DNA of 64,000 nt. Source: Spirochaetia bacterium. GTDB taxonomy: Bacteria > Spirochaetota > Spirochaetia > SZUA-6 > Bin103. The notes under the pieces were generated by a model. That model searched no databases, was not told the origin of the DNA, and saw only the letters and a program-made list of their open reading frames with translations. This document shows, one piece after another, positions 8,187 through 19,331 of the stretch. Every line of letters starts with the position of its first letter. Positions within the stretch are counted from its first letter, which is position 1. A program made the translations under genes and the position numbers. The DNA is taken from positions 704,001-768,000 of the forward strand of contig CBDAOI010000004.1 in NCBI GenBank assembly GCA_965198005.1, written 5' to 3'.

Positions 8187-9983
8187 TTAGCAGCGGGTGG
8201 CGGGGTCTCGGATTTGCAGGTGCAGGTCGTGGAGCTGGTGGTGATCCAGCGGGGCGGGGGAGTCGTCCATCGGCGAGGCGGCCCAGGTGTTCTTGGGGAA
8301 GGCGATCACGTCGCGGATGGTGGCTTCGCCGGCCATCAGCATGACGGTGCGGTCGAAGCCGATGGCGGCGCCGCCGTGGGGGGGCGGGCCGTAGCGGAAG
8401 GCGTCCAGCATGAACCCGAAGCGGTGGGCGGCGTCCGTTTCGGAGACGCCGAGCAGGGCGAACACGCGCCGTTGCAGTTGCGGGTCGTGGATGCGGATCG
8501 AGCCGCTGGCCACCTCGACGCCGTTGATCACCGCGTCGTAGAGTTCGCCGCGCACGGCCCCGGGGTCATGCTCGAGCCGATCGATGAACTGCGCCTGGGG
8601 CATCGAGAACATGTGGTGCTCGGCGTCCCAGCGCTGCTCCTCATCGTTCCAGGCGAACAGCGGGAAGTCGGTCACGAAACAGGGGTGGAAGACGCCGTCC
8701 GGCGCCAGCCCCTCGCGCCGCGCCAGCTCGGTACGCACCGCGCCCAGCGCCGTGCAGGCAGTGCGCCACGGAGCCGCCACCAGCAGCAGCAGGTCGCCCG
8801 ACTCCACTCCCAGGTGGCGGCGAATCTCCGCCTGCTGCGCCTGATAGAAGCGCGCCACGCCGCCCTCCAACCCGTTCTCCCCGCACTTGATCCACGCCAG
8901 TCCGCCGGCGCCGTAGGTCTTGGCGTGCTCCTCCAGCTCCTCGATCTGACGCCGCGAGTAACCGGCCAGCCCGGATCCGCGCAGCGCCTTGACCGTGTCG
9001 CCGCGCTCCACCGCCCGCCGGAACACGCCGAACTCGCCCACGCGCGCCAGCTCGGTGAAGTCCTGCAGCTCCAATCCGAAGCGCAGGTCGGGGCGATCCG
9101 ACCCGTAGCGGTTCATCGACTCGTGGAAGGTGATCCGGGGAAACGGCAGCGGCAGCTCGTAGCCGATCCCCGCCCGGAAGGCGGCGGCGAAGGCCGCTTC
9201 CAGCACGGCCAGCACGTCCTCCTGGTCGACGAAGCTCATCTCGAAGTCGAGCTGGGTGAACTCGGGCTGGCGGTCGCCGCGCGCGTCCTCGTCGCGGTAG
9301 CAGCGCGCCAGTTGGTAATAGCGGTCGTATCCCGACAGCATCAGAAGCTGCTTGAGGATCTGCGGCGACTGGGGCAGGGCGTAGAAACTGCCGGGCTTGA
9401 GGCGTGACGGCACCACGAAGTCGCGCGCTCCCTCCGGCGTGGAGCGCATCAGGGTCGGGGTCTCGATCTCCAGGAACCGGCGCTCGTTGAGCGCGGCGCG
9501 CAGCGCCTGGGCGGCGCGGTGGCGGAGCGCCAGGTTGCGCTGCATGGTGGCGGAGCGCAGGTCGAGGTAGCGGTGCCTGAGGCGCAGCTCCTCCCGCGCC
9601 TCGGTGTGGACGCCGGCCTGATCGCCGATCATGAACGGCAGGGTGGCGCAGGTGCTCAACACCTGGAGTCGCTCGCCGCCCACCTCGATCTCGCCGGTGG
9701 CCAGGTCGCGGTTGACCATGGCCGGCGGCCGGCGGCGTACCGTACCGCGCGCGGCGATGCAGTATTCGAGCTTGAGGTCGCGGACGGCGGCGGCGAGCGG
9801 GCCGGCGTCGGGCGCGCTGACGTCGAACACCACCTGGGTCACGCCGTAGCGGTCGCGCAGGTCGACGAAGGTGATGCCGCCGTGGTCGCGGATGCGTGCC
9901 ACCCAGCCGTTGAGGGTCACCTGCTCGCCGGCCGCGGCCGTGGTGAGCTGGCCGCAGGTAGCGGTGCGCTTCATTTCGTGCAT
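8187..9983 (-). CDS. aspS: Aspartate--tRNA ligase
   Basis: RDHGG, STPEGARDF, ALPQSPQ, RDEDARGDRQPEFTQ, GPPPHGG, IRDVIAFPK. Confidence 0.98.
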   Translation of the reverse strand: MHEMKRTATCGQLTTAAAGEQVTLNGWVARIRDHGGITFVDLRDRYGVTQVVFDVSAPDAGPLAAAVRDLKLEYCIAARGTVRRRPPAMVNRDLATGEIEVGGERLQVLSTCATLPFMIGDQAGVHTEAREELRLRHRYLDLRSATMQRNLALRHRAAQALRAALNERRFLEIETPTLMRSTPEGARDFVVPSRLKPGSFYALPQSPQILKQLLMLSGYDRYYQLARCYRDEDARGDRQPEFTQLDFEMSFVDQEDVLAVLEAAFAAAFRAGIGYELPLPFPRITFHESMNRYGSDRPDLRFGLELQDFTELARVGEFGVFRRAVERGDTVKALRGSGLAGYSRRQIEELEEHAKTYGAGGLAWIKCGENGLEGGVARFYQAQQAEIRRHLGVESGDLLLLVAAPWRTACTALGAVRTELARREGLAPDGVFHPCFVTDFPLFAWNDEEQRWDAEHHMFSMPQAQFIDRLEHDPGAVRGELYDAVINGVEVASGSIRIHDPQLQRRVFALLGVSETDAAHRFGFMLDAFRYGPPPHGGAAIGFDRTVMLMAGEATIRDVIAFPKNTWAASPMDDSPAPLDHHQLHDLHLQIRDPATRC

Positions 9984-10160
9984 GGGCGCAATCTACCCCG
10001 GCCGCGCCGCGAGTGTCAGGGCGGTGTGCCGGCCAAGACTTCGGCTGCCCGGTGCGGCCGTTTCGTGGTCGGCGTGGGGTGACATGGCGCAATTCAAGTG
10101 AGGTTACCACAGGTTTGCAGATTTCGATAACCGCGATAACCTATAGTAACTTCGCTTGAA

Positions 10161-11360
10161 ATGGATCCACGAACCAATCCATACACTCCCGGCGCCGGAA
10201 CGCCGCCGCCGGAGCTGGCCGGCCGCGACGGGCTGATCGAGGATGCCGCGGTCGCCCTTGACCGAATCCGTGCCGGCCGCGCCGCCAAGAGCGTGCTCAT
10301 GGTTGGACTGCGGGGAGTGGGAAAGACGGTGCTGCTCAACCGGCTCCGCCGCGACGCCGACGGACGGGGCTTCGTGACCGTTTTCGTGGAGGCGCCCGAG
10401 GATCGTTCGCTGCCGGCGCTGCTGGCTGCTCCGCTACGCGCCAGTCTGCTCCGGATGAACCGCCCTGCGACCCCTGCTACCGTCGGGGGTGCGGTGCGAC
10501 GCGCGTTGCAGGCGCTGTCCGGCTTCATAGAGTCCATGAGGATCACGTACCGGGACGTGGAGTTGCGGATGGACCTTGCCGGCGAGCCTGGGCTGGCGGA
10601 CAGCGGTGACCTGGAGCATGATCTCGGCGATCTGCTCACCGCGGCGGGGGAGGCGGCCCGCGCGCAGCGGACGGCGCTGGTTCTATTCGTCGATGAGCTG
10701 CAGTACCTCGAAGAGCGTGAACTCGCCGCGTTGATCACCGCGCTGCATCGCGCCGCTCAACTCGAGTTGCCCACCACGCTGGTCGGCGCCGGACTTCCGC
10801 AACTGGTAGCCCGCTGCGGGGTTGCCAAGTCCTACGCCGAGCGCCTGTTCACCTTCCCCGAAATCGGCGCGCTGGATTTGCAGCCGGCGTCGCGGGCGTT
10901 GAGCGCGCCCGCGGCCCGTCAGGGTGTCGAGTATGACAGCGCGGCGCTCGCTGCAGTCATCGCACAAACCCGCGGCTACCCCTACTTTCTGCAAGAGTGG
11001 GGCAAGCACTGCTGGGACTGTGCGGATCGCTCACCGATCACCGAAACCGACGTCGCCGTGGCAGAGCACCAGGCCGTCGCGGAGCTCGATGCCAGCTTCT
11101 TTCGCGTCCGCTTCGACCGCCTGACACCGGCTGAGAAACGCTACCTGCGTGCGATGGCGGAACTGGGGAGCGGACCGCACCGTTCGGGGGAAGTGGCACG
11201 GGTGCTCACCAAGTCGGTGCGCTCCGTGGCTCCGACCCGTGCGCACCTGATCGCCAAGGGCATGATCTACAGCCCAGCCCACGGTGATACGGCATTTACC
11301 GTTCCGTTGTTCGAGGGGTATCTGCAGAGAGTGATGCCGCGCGCGAGCGACTGGCGGTAA
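10161..11360 (+). CDS. AAA (AAA_16-like) P-loop ATPase with C-terminal winged-helix region
   Basis: NPYTPGAG..P..LAGR, Walker A GLRGVGKT, Walker B LFVDELQ, GYPYFLQ. Confidence 0.85.
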   Translation: MDPRTNPYTPGAGTPPPELAGRDGLIEDAAVALDRIRAGRAAKSVLMVGLRGVGKTVLLNRLRRDADGRGFVTVFVEAPEDRSLPALLAAPLRASLLRMNRPATPATVGGAVRRALQALSGFIESMRITYRDVELRMDLAGEPGLADSGDLEHDLGDLLTAAGEAARAQRTALVLFVDELQYLEERELAALITALHRAAQLELPTTLVGAGLPQLVARCGVAKSYAERLFTFPEIGALDLQPASRALSAPAARQGVEYDSAALAAVIAQTRGYPYFLQEWGKHCWDCADRSPITETDVAVAEHQAVAELDASFFRVRFDRLTPAEKRYLRAMAELGSGPHRSGEVARVLTKSVRSVAPTRAHLIAKGMIYSPAHGDTAFTVPLFEGYLQRVMPRASDWR

Positions 11361-11470
11361 GCGGCAATTCAAGATCTGTGGTATAGTAGTTGCATCGCGA
11401 CGGCGTCTCGAGCAGCGACAGGCATCCAGGGCTCCCCGCCGCGTCCGCCCTGGGGCCGTTCGAGGAGACG

Positions 11471-12454
11471 ATGGCCCGGTACTTCTTCAGGCGCGTTCTG
11501 TACGCAATTCCAGCGCTGCTGGTAATTTCGTTCATCTCGTTTCTCATCATCCAGCTCCCGCCGGGCACGTTCGCCGACGCGGCCGTGGCGGCGATGGCGG
11601 AGACCGCGTCGGTGGATGCGGCGGCGATCCACGCCCTCGAGGAGCGCTACGCTCTCGACCAGCCGCTCCTGGTCCAGTACCGGAAGTGGATCTCCGGCAT
11701 CGTGCTGCGCGGCGACTTCGGCCAGTCGGTGATCTGGAATCGCCCGGTGGCATCGCTCATGTGGGAGCGGCTTGGCCTGACCCTCATCCTCACCGCGAGC
11801 GCGTTCGGGTTGGTGTGCGTGCTGTCGGTGCCGGTCGGGATCTTCGCGGCCGTGCGCCGGCACGCGGCCGGCGGCCGTATCGCCAGCTCGCTCGGGTACG
11901 TGGGGCTGGCCATTCCCGGGTTCCTGCTGGCCCTGCTCCTGATCCATATCGGGTCACGCTACTTCGGCCACGATATCGGCGGCCTGTTCTCTCCCGAGTT
12001 TGCCCAGGCCGGGTGGAGTTGGGCGCGCGCGGCCGACCTGCTGTCCCATCTGTGGTTGCCGGTGCTGGCCGTGGGGCTGGCCAGCGCAGCGTCGCTGATG
12101 CGGGTCGTGCGCGACAATCTGCTGCACGAGCTGCTCAAGCCGTACGTCGCCGCGGCCCGCGCCCGCGGGCTGTCGGAGCTCGGCCTGCTGCTCAAGTATC
12201 CGGTGCGGCTGGCACTGATCCCGTTCGTGGCCACGGTCGCCTGGACGCTGCCGCAGCTCGTGTCGGCCGCAACCGTGGTGTCGGTGGTGATGAGCCTGCC
12301 CACCACCGGGCCGTTGCTGCTGCGCGCGCTGCTCGGTCAGGACATGTACCTGGCCGCCAGCTTCATCATGCTGCTGAGCGGGGTGACGGTGCTCGCGACC
12401 CTGGTTGCCGACCTGCTGCGGGCCGCCATCGATCCGCGCATTCGGTTCTCCTGA
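11471..12454 (+). CDS. Peptide ABC transporter permease (OppB/DppB family)
   Basis: SD GAGGAG; IIQLPPG, LDQPLLVQY, GDFGQS, HLWLP, ARARGL, IDPRIR. Confidence 0.92.
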   Translation: MARYFFRRVLYAIPALLVISFISFLIIQLPPGTFADAAVAAMAETASVDAAAIHALEERYALDQPLLVQYRKWISGIVLRGDFGQSVIWNRPVASLMWERLGLTLILTASAFGLVCVLSVPVGIFAAVRRHAAGGRIASSLGYVGLAIPGFLLALLLIHIGSRYFGHDIGGLFSPEFAQAGWSWARAADLLSHLWLPVLAVGLASAASLMRVVRDNLLHELLKPYVAAARARGLSELGLLLKYPVRLALIPFVATVAWTLPQLVSAATVVSVVMSLPTTGPLLLRALLGQDMYLAASFIMLLSGVTVLATLVADLLRAAIDPRIRFS

Positions 12455-13599
12455 TGGCGGCTGCCGAAGGCGTGGTGCCGAGCATGACGGGGAACCTGCC
12501 GGGTGCCGCCGCCGCCAGCCTGCCACCGGCCGGTCAGTGGTGGCTGACCTGGCGGCGCCTGCCTAGCCGCAAGCTCGCCGTGACCGGCGGTGTGGTGGTG
12601 ATACTGCTGTGCCTGGTGGCCGCTTCCGCCGAGTTCCTGGCGCCGTTCTCGGCCGAACGCGTCTCCGGCCTGGCCTATGCCCCACCGCAACGGTTGCGTA
12701 TTCTGGAGCGCGGCGCCGGCGGCGTGCGTTTCGGCCTGCACGTGTTCGGCTATGCGTCGCACACCGGCGCGGCGTCTCCGGACGGCTCCTACCGGGTGGA
12801 CCGTACGCAGCGCATCGACGTGCGTCTGTTGGTCAAGGGCGAGCCGTACCGCCTGTGGGGGCTGTTCCCGCTGCAACGACACCTGATCGGCCCGGCGGAC
12901 CCGGCGGCGCCGATGCACCTGCTGGGAGCCGACCGGCTGGGACGCGACGTGCTGAGCCGCATGCTCCACGGAACCCGGGTGTCGATCACCGTCGGCCTGG
13001 TGGCGGTTGCCGTGAGCTTGGTCCTCGGCGTGCTCCTGGGCGGCATTGCCGGCTACTCCGGCGGTGCGGCCGACGCTCTGATTCAGCGCTTCATGGAGAT
13101 CCTGCGCTCGCTGCCCGCGATTCCGCTGTGGATGGGGCTGGCGGCGGCGATTCCCGGGTCCTGGCCGCCGGCCCCGGCCTCCTTCATGATCGCCCTGATC
13201 CTGTCGGTGATCGGTTGGACCTGGCTGGCGCAGACGGTGCGCCGCAGATTCCGGTCGCTCCGTACCGAAGATTTCGTGGTCGCCGCCCGACTGGACGGCT
13301 GCAGCGAGCTGCAGGTGATTCTCACTCACTTGGCGCCCTCCTGCGCCGGTCACGTCATCGCTACGCTGGTACGGGCGGTGCCGCACATGATCGTTGCGGA
13401 GACCGCGCTCAGCTTCCTGGGCATCGGCCTGCGGGCGCCGATGGCAAGCTGGGGCGTGCTGCTCGGAGAGGCGCGGGAGGTGGGCGTGCTGGCCGCCGCG
13501 CCGTGGCTGCTCTGGCCGGGAGTGCCGGTGTGCGTGGCGGCCCTGGCGTTCCAGCTTCTCGGTGACGGCATCCGGGATGCCGCGGACCACTACCGATGA
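12454..13599 (+). CDS. Peptide ABC transporter permease (OppC/DppC family)
   Basis: TGATG coupling; LLGADRLGRD, EDFVVAARLDG, ETALSFLGIG, SWG. Confidence 0.9.
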   Translation: MAAAEGVVPSMTGNLPGAAAASLPPAGQWWLTWRRLPSRKLAVTGGVVVILLCLVAASAEFLAPFSAERVSGLAYAPPQRLRILERGAGGVRFGLHVFGYASHTGAASPDGSYRVDRTQRIDVRLLVKGEPYRLWGLFPLQRHLIGPADPAAPMHLLGADRLGRDVLSRMLHGTRVSITVGLVAVAVSLVLGVLLGGIAGYSGGAADALIQRFMEILRSLPAIPLWMGLAAAIPGSWPPAPASFMIALILSVIGWTWLAQTVRRRFRSLRTEDFVVAARLDGCSELQVILTHLAPSCAGHVIATLVRAVPHMIVAETALSFLGIGLRAPMASWGVLLGEAREVGVLAAAPWLLWPGVPVCVAALAFQLLGDGIRDAADHYR

Positions 13600-14645
13600 C
13601 GGCGGCCGCGACCGGCGCCGGTAGGCCCGAACCGCTGCTGGAGGTGAACGGCCTGAAGACCCACTTCTTCACCGGCGCGGGCGTGGTGAAGGCGGTCGAC
13701 GGGGTGGATCTCCCGATTGCGCGCGGCAGGACCGTGTGCGTGGCGGGCGAGTCGGGGTGCGGAAAGTCGGTCACGGCGCGCTCCATCTTGCAGCTCGTGG
13801 ACCGGCCCGGCCGCATCGTGGACGGCGAAATCCTGCTGCACCGCCCCTCCGGGGAGGTGGTGGACCTGGCCGTCCTCGCGCCCGGCGGGAGGGAGATGCG
13901 CGCCATTCGCGGCAAGGAGATCGCCATGATCTTGCAGGATCCGACCTCTGCGCTGAGCCCGGTGCACACCATCGGGGACCAGATCACGGAGATGATCCGG
14001 CTGCACGCGCCGGTGACGCAGGCGGCAGCCAGAACCCGCGCCGCGGAACTGCTCGACCGGGTGGGTATCCCTCGGCCGGGGGAGCGGCTGGAATCATACG
14101 TCCTGCAGTTGAGCGGCGGCCTGCGCCGGCGCGCAATGATCGCCATGGCGCTGGCGTGCGAGCCGTACCTGCTGATCGCCGACGCGCCGACCAGCGGGCT
14201 GGACGTCACCACCGAGGCGACGATTCTCGATTTGATCAGGGAGCTGCAGCGCGACCTGAACCTGACCGTGCTGTTCTGCACGCACGATCTGGGAGTGGTC
14301 GCGGAGATCGCGGATGACGTAGTGATGATGTATCTGGGGTGGGCGGTTGAGCGCGCCGCGGTGGACACCATCTTTCACGATCCCAAGCATCCCTACACGC
14401 GCGCCCTGCACCGGTCGATCCCGCAGCTCGGCGGCGCCCGGCGCCGGCGGCTGCAGCCGATTCGCGGCACGGTGCCCCCGCCGTTCGCGCGGCCCGGCGG
14501 CTGCCGGTTTCATCCGCGCTGCGAGAGCTTCGTGCCGGGGGAGTGCGACCGCACCGAACCGCCGGCAATCCCGCTGCCGGGCGGCGCCGCGGTGCGCTGC
14601 CTGATCTACGCGGCGGCCGGCTCCGGGGCGCGGGAGGAAGGCTGA
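13596..14645 (+). CDS. Peptide ABC transporter ATP-binding protein (OppD family), Walker B DE changed to DA
   Basis: [36 protein letters not shown]. Confidence 0.92.
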   Translation: MTAAATGAGRPEPLLEVNGLKTHFFTGAGVVKAVDGVDLPIARGRTVCVAGESGCGKSVTARSILQLVDRPGRIVDGEILLHRPSGEVVDLAVLAPGGREMRAIRGKEIAMILQDPTSALSPVHTIGDQITEMIRLHAPVTQAAARTRAAELLDRVGIPRPGERLESYVLQLSGGLRRRAMIAMALACEPYLLIADAPTSGLDVTTEATILDLIRELQRDLNLTVLFCTHDLGVVAEIADDVVMMYLGWAVERAAVDTIFHDPKHPYTRALHRSIPQLGGARRRRLQPIRGTVPPPFARPGGCRFHPRCESFVPGECDRTEPPAIPLPGGAAVRCLIYAAAGSGAREEG

Positions 14646-15685
14646 TGGCGGCACCGCAGGGCGGGTCCGACGCGCCACTGCTGGAAATCGATCGACTGGC
14701 AATGCACTTCCCGATCACCCGCGGCCCGCTCCGCCGCGTCGTGCGCCGGGTACGGGCGGTGGACGGCGTCAGCCTGACGGTACAGCGCGGCGAGACCCTG
14801 GCCCTGGTGGGCGAGTCGGGCTGCGGCAAGACCACGCTCGGCAAGTGCGTGGTGCGCGTCCACCACCCCACCGCCGGGGCGATCCGCTACCGCACCGAGC
14901 AGGGGGCGTTCGCCGATCTGACGGCGCTGCAGGGCCCCGCCCTGCGTCCCTACCGGCGCGCCATCCGCATGATCTTCCGGGATCCCTACACCTCCCTCAA
15001 TCCGCGCAAGACCGTCCTGGAGACCGTGGGCGAGCCTCTGCGCCGGCACGAGGTGGCGCAGGGCGTGGAGTTGGAACGGCAGGTCGCCGAGCTGCTGCGC
15101 CGCGTGGGGCTGGAGCCGGAGTATCTGCGCCGTTATCCCCGCGCCTGCGGCGGCGGCGAGCGGCAACGGATCGCCGTGGCCCGCGCGCTGGCGTTGAAGC
15201 CCCGGCTGGTGATCGCCGACGAGCCGGTGGCCGCCCTGGAGGTGTCGGTGCAGGCGCAGATCCTCCACCTGCTGCAGGAGTTGCAGGCGGAACTGGGCCT
15301 GACCTACCTGTTCCTGGCGCGCGATCTCGGCGTCGTGGACTACGTCAGCGACCGCGTGGCAGTGATGTACCTCGGCAGGCTGGTGGAAGCGGGCCGCCGC
15401 AGCCGCGTCTTCTCCGCGCCCAAGCACCCGTATACGGAGGCGCTGCTGGCCGCGGTCCCCAAGCGCGATCCCCGGCTGCGCGGCACGGGCGTGCGCATCC
15501 GCCTGTCCGGCGAGGCGGCGGACCCGGCCGACCCGCCCAGCGGCTGCTACTTCCATCCGCGTTGCCGCTACCGGCAGGAGCGCTGCGTCGTGGAAGCGCC
15601 GCCGCTGCGCGACCTGGGACGCGGCCACAGCGTCGCCTGCCACTTCGCCGAAGAGCTCCGGCTCAGCGGCGCCGGCGCGGTGTAG
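14645..15685 (+). CDS. Peptide ABC transporter ATP-binding protein (OppF family), degenerate Q-loop, signature and H-loop
   Basis: [44 protein letters not shown]. Confidence 0.92.
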   Translation: MAAPQGGSDAPLLEIDRLAMHFPITRGPLRRVVRRVRAVDGVSLTVQRGETLALVGESGCGKTTLGKCVVRVHHPTAGAIRYRTEQGAFADLTALQGPALRPYRRAIRMIFRDPYTSLNPRKTVLETVGEPLRRHEVAQGVELERQVAELLRRVGLEPEYLRRYPRACGGGERQRIAVARALALKPRLVIADEPVAALEVSVQAQILHLLQELQAELGLTYLFLARDLGVVDYVSDRVAVMYLGRLVEAGRRSRVFSAPKHPYTEALLAAVPKRDPRLRGTGVRIRLSGEAADPADPPSGCYFHPRCRYRQERCVVEAPPLRDLGRGHSVACHFAEELRLSGAGAV

Positions 15686-15707
15686 CGGCGGCGCGCGACC
15701 GTCCAGC

Positions 15708-16853
15708 TCACCGGTCCACGCGGCAGGTCGCAAGGTATTCGACGACCGAGCGCCGCACCGATCGGCCTGCTCCGTTCCCGAACACCGTGTAGTCCCTGGT
15801 CGATAGGGTCGTCGCACCGCGTGCCGACAGCGCCGCTCGAAGGTCGTGCAGTGGGATGATCCCCTCGTTGCTGTAGCTGACGAAGATGAATCGAGCACGG
15901 ATACGCTCGATCACGTGCCGGAAGGCCTCCAGGGCGGTACTGCGACGGGAATAATCGCTCTTCAGAGATTCGCGCTCGAATTTCATCGTCTTGCCGCTTA
16001 GCACAGGTTTCTCCCACGATGCAATGTTTTCGAGCACGTGATAGCAGTCGACGTATTGACGTTCGCAGTATGGAGGATCAAGATAGACGACGTCGGATTT
16101 GTGGTCCGCGGCTACCGCGTTCATGTCCGCTTTGAAGACTCTTGCATCCGCTCCGAATTGGATGTCAGGCATGCGCAAACGCAGTCTGCCGTATACGTTG
16201 GAGTCCACGACATGTCTCCCGTTCCGGTCATAGCTTCTGGCCCCGATGCTCTTCAGGTATGCGTCGTACTGGCCGACTGTGTTTGCGACCTTGTCGGCGG
16301 CAAAAAGTAAGCTGGCGATCAATACGTGACTCTCCTGCTCGGTGCAGTCTCCGGCTTGCTTCCGGAACTCGATTTGGTCGCGGATGGCATCAATCAGACC
16401 AGCATTGACGCCGGTGAAGTAGCGGCCCCCATAGTACGCTGAAGCGTAGCCGTCGCACGGTTCCAAGCGATTCAGTTCGCGCAGAGCAGTAGAAATGTAA
16501 TCGATACGGACGTTGTCTTCGGTGGAGGTAAAGAAGACGCGGTTGATCGAGTAGTTGCTTGCCAGATTGTCGACGAGGGTGAGGCGGTGCGTATGCCGCC
16601 GCATCCGGTCGGCCACGACGCCTGTTCCGGCGAAGCCATCGAAGAAGGAGTCGATGTGCCGGGCAGCGAGCAGAATCTCGCGCTCGATAAACTCCAGCAG
16701 CCTGACTTTCGAACCGATGTACTTGCGGTTGCGGAGTGACACGGGGCCGAACTCCTGCAGCGCTCGGACCAAGCGGGGGTCGCGGCCAGTCAAGAACTCC
16801 GGTTGCGCCATCAGGTCACATGGCCGATCATCGTTGCGTTGTCGATGGGGCAC
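15708..16853 (-). CDS. Orphan N6-adenine DNA methyltransferase (D12/FokI-like class)
   Basis: RKYIGSK, motif [10 protein letters not shown], motif IV YLDPPY, SYSNEG; start could be 16811. Confidence 0.9.
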   Translation of the reverse strand: MPHRQRNDDRPCDLMAQPEFLTGRDPRLVRALQEFGPVSLRNRKYIGSKVRLLEFIEREILLAARHIDSFFDGFAGTGVVADRMRRHTHRLTLVDNLASNYSINRVFFTSTEDNVRIDYISTALRELNRLEPCDGYASAYYGGRYFTGVNAGLIDAIRDQIEFRKQAGDCTEQESHVLIASLLFAADKVANTVGQYDAYLKSIGARSYDRNGRHVVDSNVYGRLRLRMPDIQFGADARVFKADMNAVAADHKSDVVYLDPPYCERQYVDCYHVLENIASWEKPVLSGKTMKFERESLKSDYSRRSTALEAFRHVIERIRARFIFVSYSNEGIIPLHDLRAALSARGATTLSTRDYTVFGNGAGRSVRRSVVEYLATCRVDR

Positions 16854-17042
16854 TCCATGTCTCTTCCGATACTACACGATGAGGGTATCGGCAACCAGCC
16901 CAGGAGCAGTGCCGGCACGTACAGCACCGACACTGGAATCAGCAGCACGCCGGAGAAACAGAATCGCTGTCGAGATCGACCCCGAGACCGCTCTGCCGGC
17001 GGAGAATATTTACTTTATGATGGGCGCACGGAGGAAGCACCA

Positions 17043-19257
17043 TTGTCCGAACCTGAGCCGGCGCCACCGGCCAACCGGGCCGAGGCGCTGCTGGCAGCGC
17101 AGCGCGCGGCCGGCAAGCGCGCCAACCGCCTGATTCACGAGGTCAGCCCCTACCTGCTCCAGCACGCCTACAACCCGGTCGACTGGTACCCGTGGGGCGA
17201 GGCGGCGTTCGCCGCCGCGGCCGCGGCCGACAAGCCCCTGTTCGTGTCGATCGGCTATTCCACCTGCCACTGGTGTCACGTCATGGAGCGCGAGTCGTTC
17301 GAGGACGAGGCGATCGCGGCGGTCATGAACGAACACTTCATCAACGTCAAGATCGACCGCGAGGAGCGCCCCGACGTCGATCGCATCTACATGACCGTGG
17401 TGCAGGCGCTGACCGGCAGCGGCGGCTGGCCGATGTCGGTGTTCCTCACCGTGGACCGCAAGCCGTTCTACGGAGGCACCTACTTTCCGCCGCGCTCCGC
17501 CCACGGGCGCCCCGGCTTTCCGGAACTGTTGCAGGCGCTGGCCCGGCAGTGGCGCACGCGCCGGGCCGCGGTCGAGACCGGCGCCGAGCGGATCACCGCC
17601 GAGGTGCGGCGCCACGTCGAGGGGCAGATCGGCGAAAAACGCAGCCGGAGCAGCCGGAGCAGCCGGCGTGACGGGCGCAGTCCTGGAGGAGGCTACGGCT
17701 ACCGCCGGCGGGGCGAGCCGGCCGCCGGAGCTGCTGGACGCGGTGGTGCGTCACCTGGCCGCCACCTTCGACGGCGAGTGCGGCGGATTCGGCCCGGCGC
17801 CGAAGTTTCCGCGGCCGGCGGTGCTCACCGCGCTGTTCCAGCAGTACCGGCGCACCGGCGGCAAGCCGGAGCTGCAGATGGCGCTGGCGACCCTGACCGC
17901 GATGGCGCGCGGCGGCCTGCACGACCAGTTGGGCGGCGGCTTTCACCGCTACAGCGTGGACCGGTACTGGCGTGTGCCGCACTTCGAGAAGATGCTGTAC
18001 GATCAGGCGCAGCTCGCCGAGGCCTATGTCACTGCCTATCAGCTCACCGGCGACCCCGCTCTGGCCGGCGTGGCCGCGGCGACGCTGGAGTACGTGCTGC
18101 GCGACCTCGGTGCGCCGGAGGGTGGGTTCTACTCCGCCGAGGACGCCGATTCGGCGCGCGACCCGCAGGCTCCCCAGGACAAGGTAGAAGGGGCGTTCTA
18201 CCTGTGGACCACCGCCGAGGTGCGCGCCCTGCTGCAGCCTGACGCCGCCGCCGAGCTGATCGCCGCGTACGGCCTGACCGACGGCGGCAACACCCTGTCC
18301 GACCCGCACGGCGAGTTCGGCAACGGCAACGTCCTGTACCGGGCGCGCGCCGCCGACGGCCCGCTGCCGGAACGGTGGCGGGCACGACTGACCGCCGCCC
18401 GCGACCTCCGTCCGCGGCCGTTGCTGGACGACAAGATCGTCACCGCCTGGAACGGCCTCGCCGTGGCCGCGCTGGCCGCCGCCGGGCGCGTGTTGAACCG
18501 CCCCGACTTCACCGCCGCCGCGGCTGCCTGCGCCGACTTCGTGCAGCAGCGGCTGACTTCCGGCGGCCGTCTGGTGCGCTGCTACCGCGCCGGCCGGGCG
18601 CGGCACGCGGCGGGGCTGGCCGACTACGCGTGCCTGGTCGCGGGGCTGGTCGAGCTGTACGAGGCCACCGGCGACGTGGCGCGCCTCGAGACCGCCGGCC
18701 GGCTGGCCGCCACCGCGCTCGACCTGTTCGCCGATGCCAACGGCATGCTGTACGACACGCCGCACGGACAGAGCGACCTGATCATGCGCAGCCGGGAGCT
18801 GTTCGACAGCGCCGAGCCGTCGGGTACGGCGATGGCCGTGATCGGGCTGCTGCGGCTGGGCCGGCTGACCAACCAGCCGCGCTGGGACACGGCGGCGCGG
18901 CGCGCGCTGGCATCCGCCACGGCCACGGCCGCGGCCCACCCGGCGGCGGTCCCGCTGCTGGCCGTGGCGGCCGATCTGGCGGCGCACCCGCCGCTGGAGG
19001 TGGTGCTGGCGGGCGGCTGGGAGCAGACCGCTCCGCTGCGCCGCGAACTGGCCCGCCACTACCTGCCGGAAGCGGTCACCATCCACCTGCACCCGGCCGC
19101 CGGCGCGTGGTGGGAGCGGCGCTGGCCGGCGGCCGCCGCCATGACCGCGACCGCGGACGGCAGCGCGCGCGCCTACGTGTGCCGCGACTTTACCTGCGAC
19201 CTGCCGGTGAGCACCCCGGCGGAGCTGGCCGGCCAGCTCCGCCGGGGGCGCGGCTGA
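17043..19257 (+). CDS. Thioredoxin domain / six-hairpin glycosidase-like protein (YyaL/SSP411), split by a +1 frameshift in A5 at 17635-17639
   Basis: [65 protein letters not shown] then TTG 17043. Confidence 0.88.
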
Positions 19258-19331
19258 CCACCCCGCTGCCCGGCGGTGCCCCGGCCGCGGTCCCGGCCCT
19301 GCCGCCGGCGGTCGGCCCCGGCGGCGGCGCG

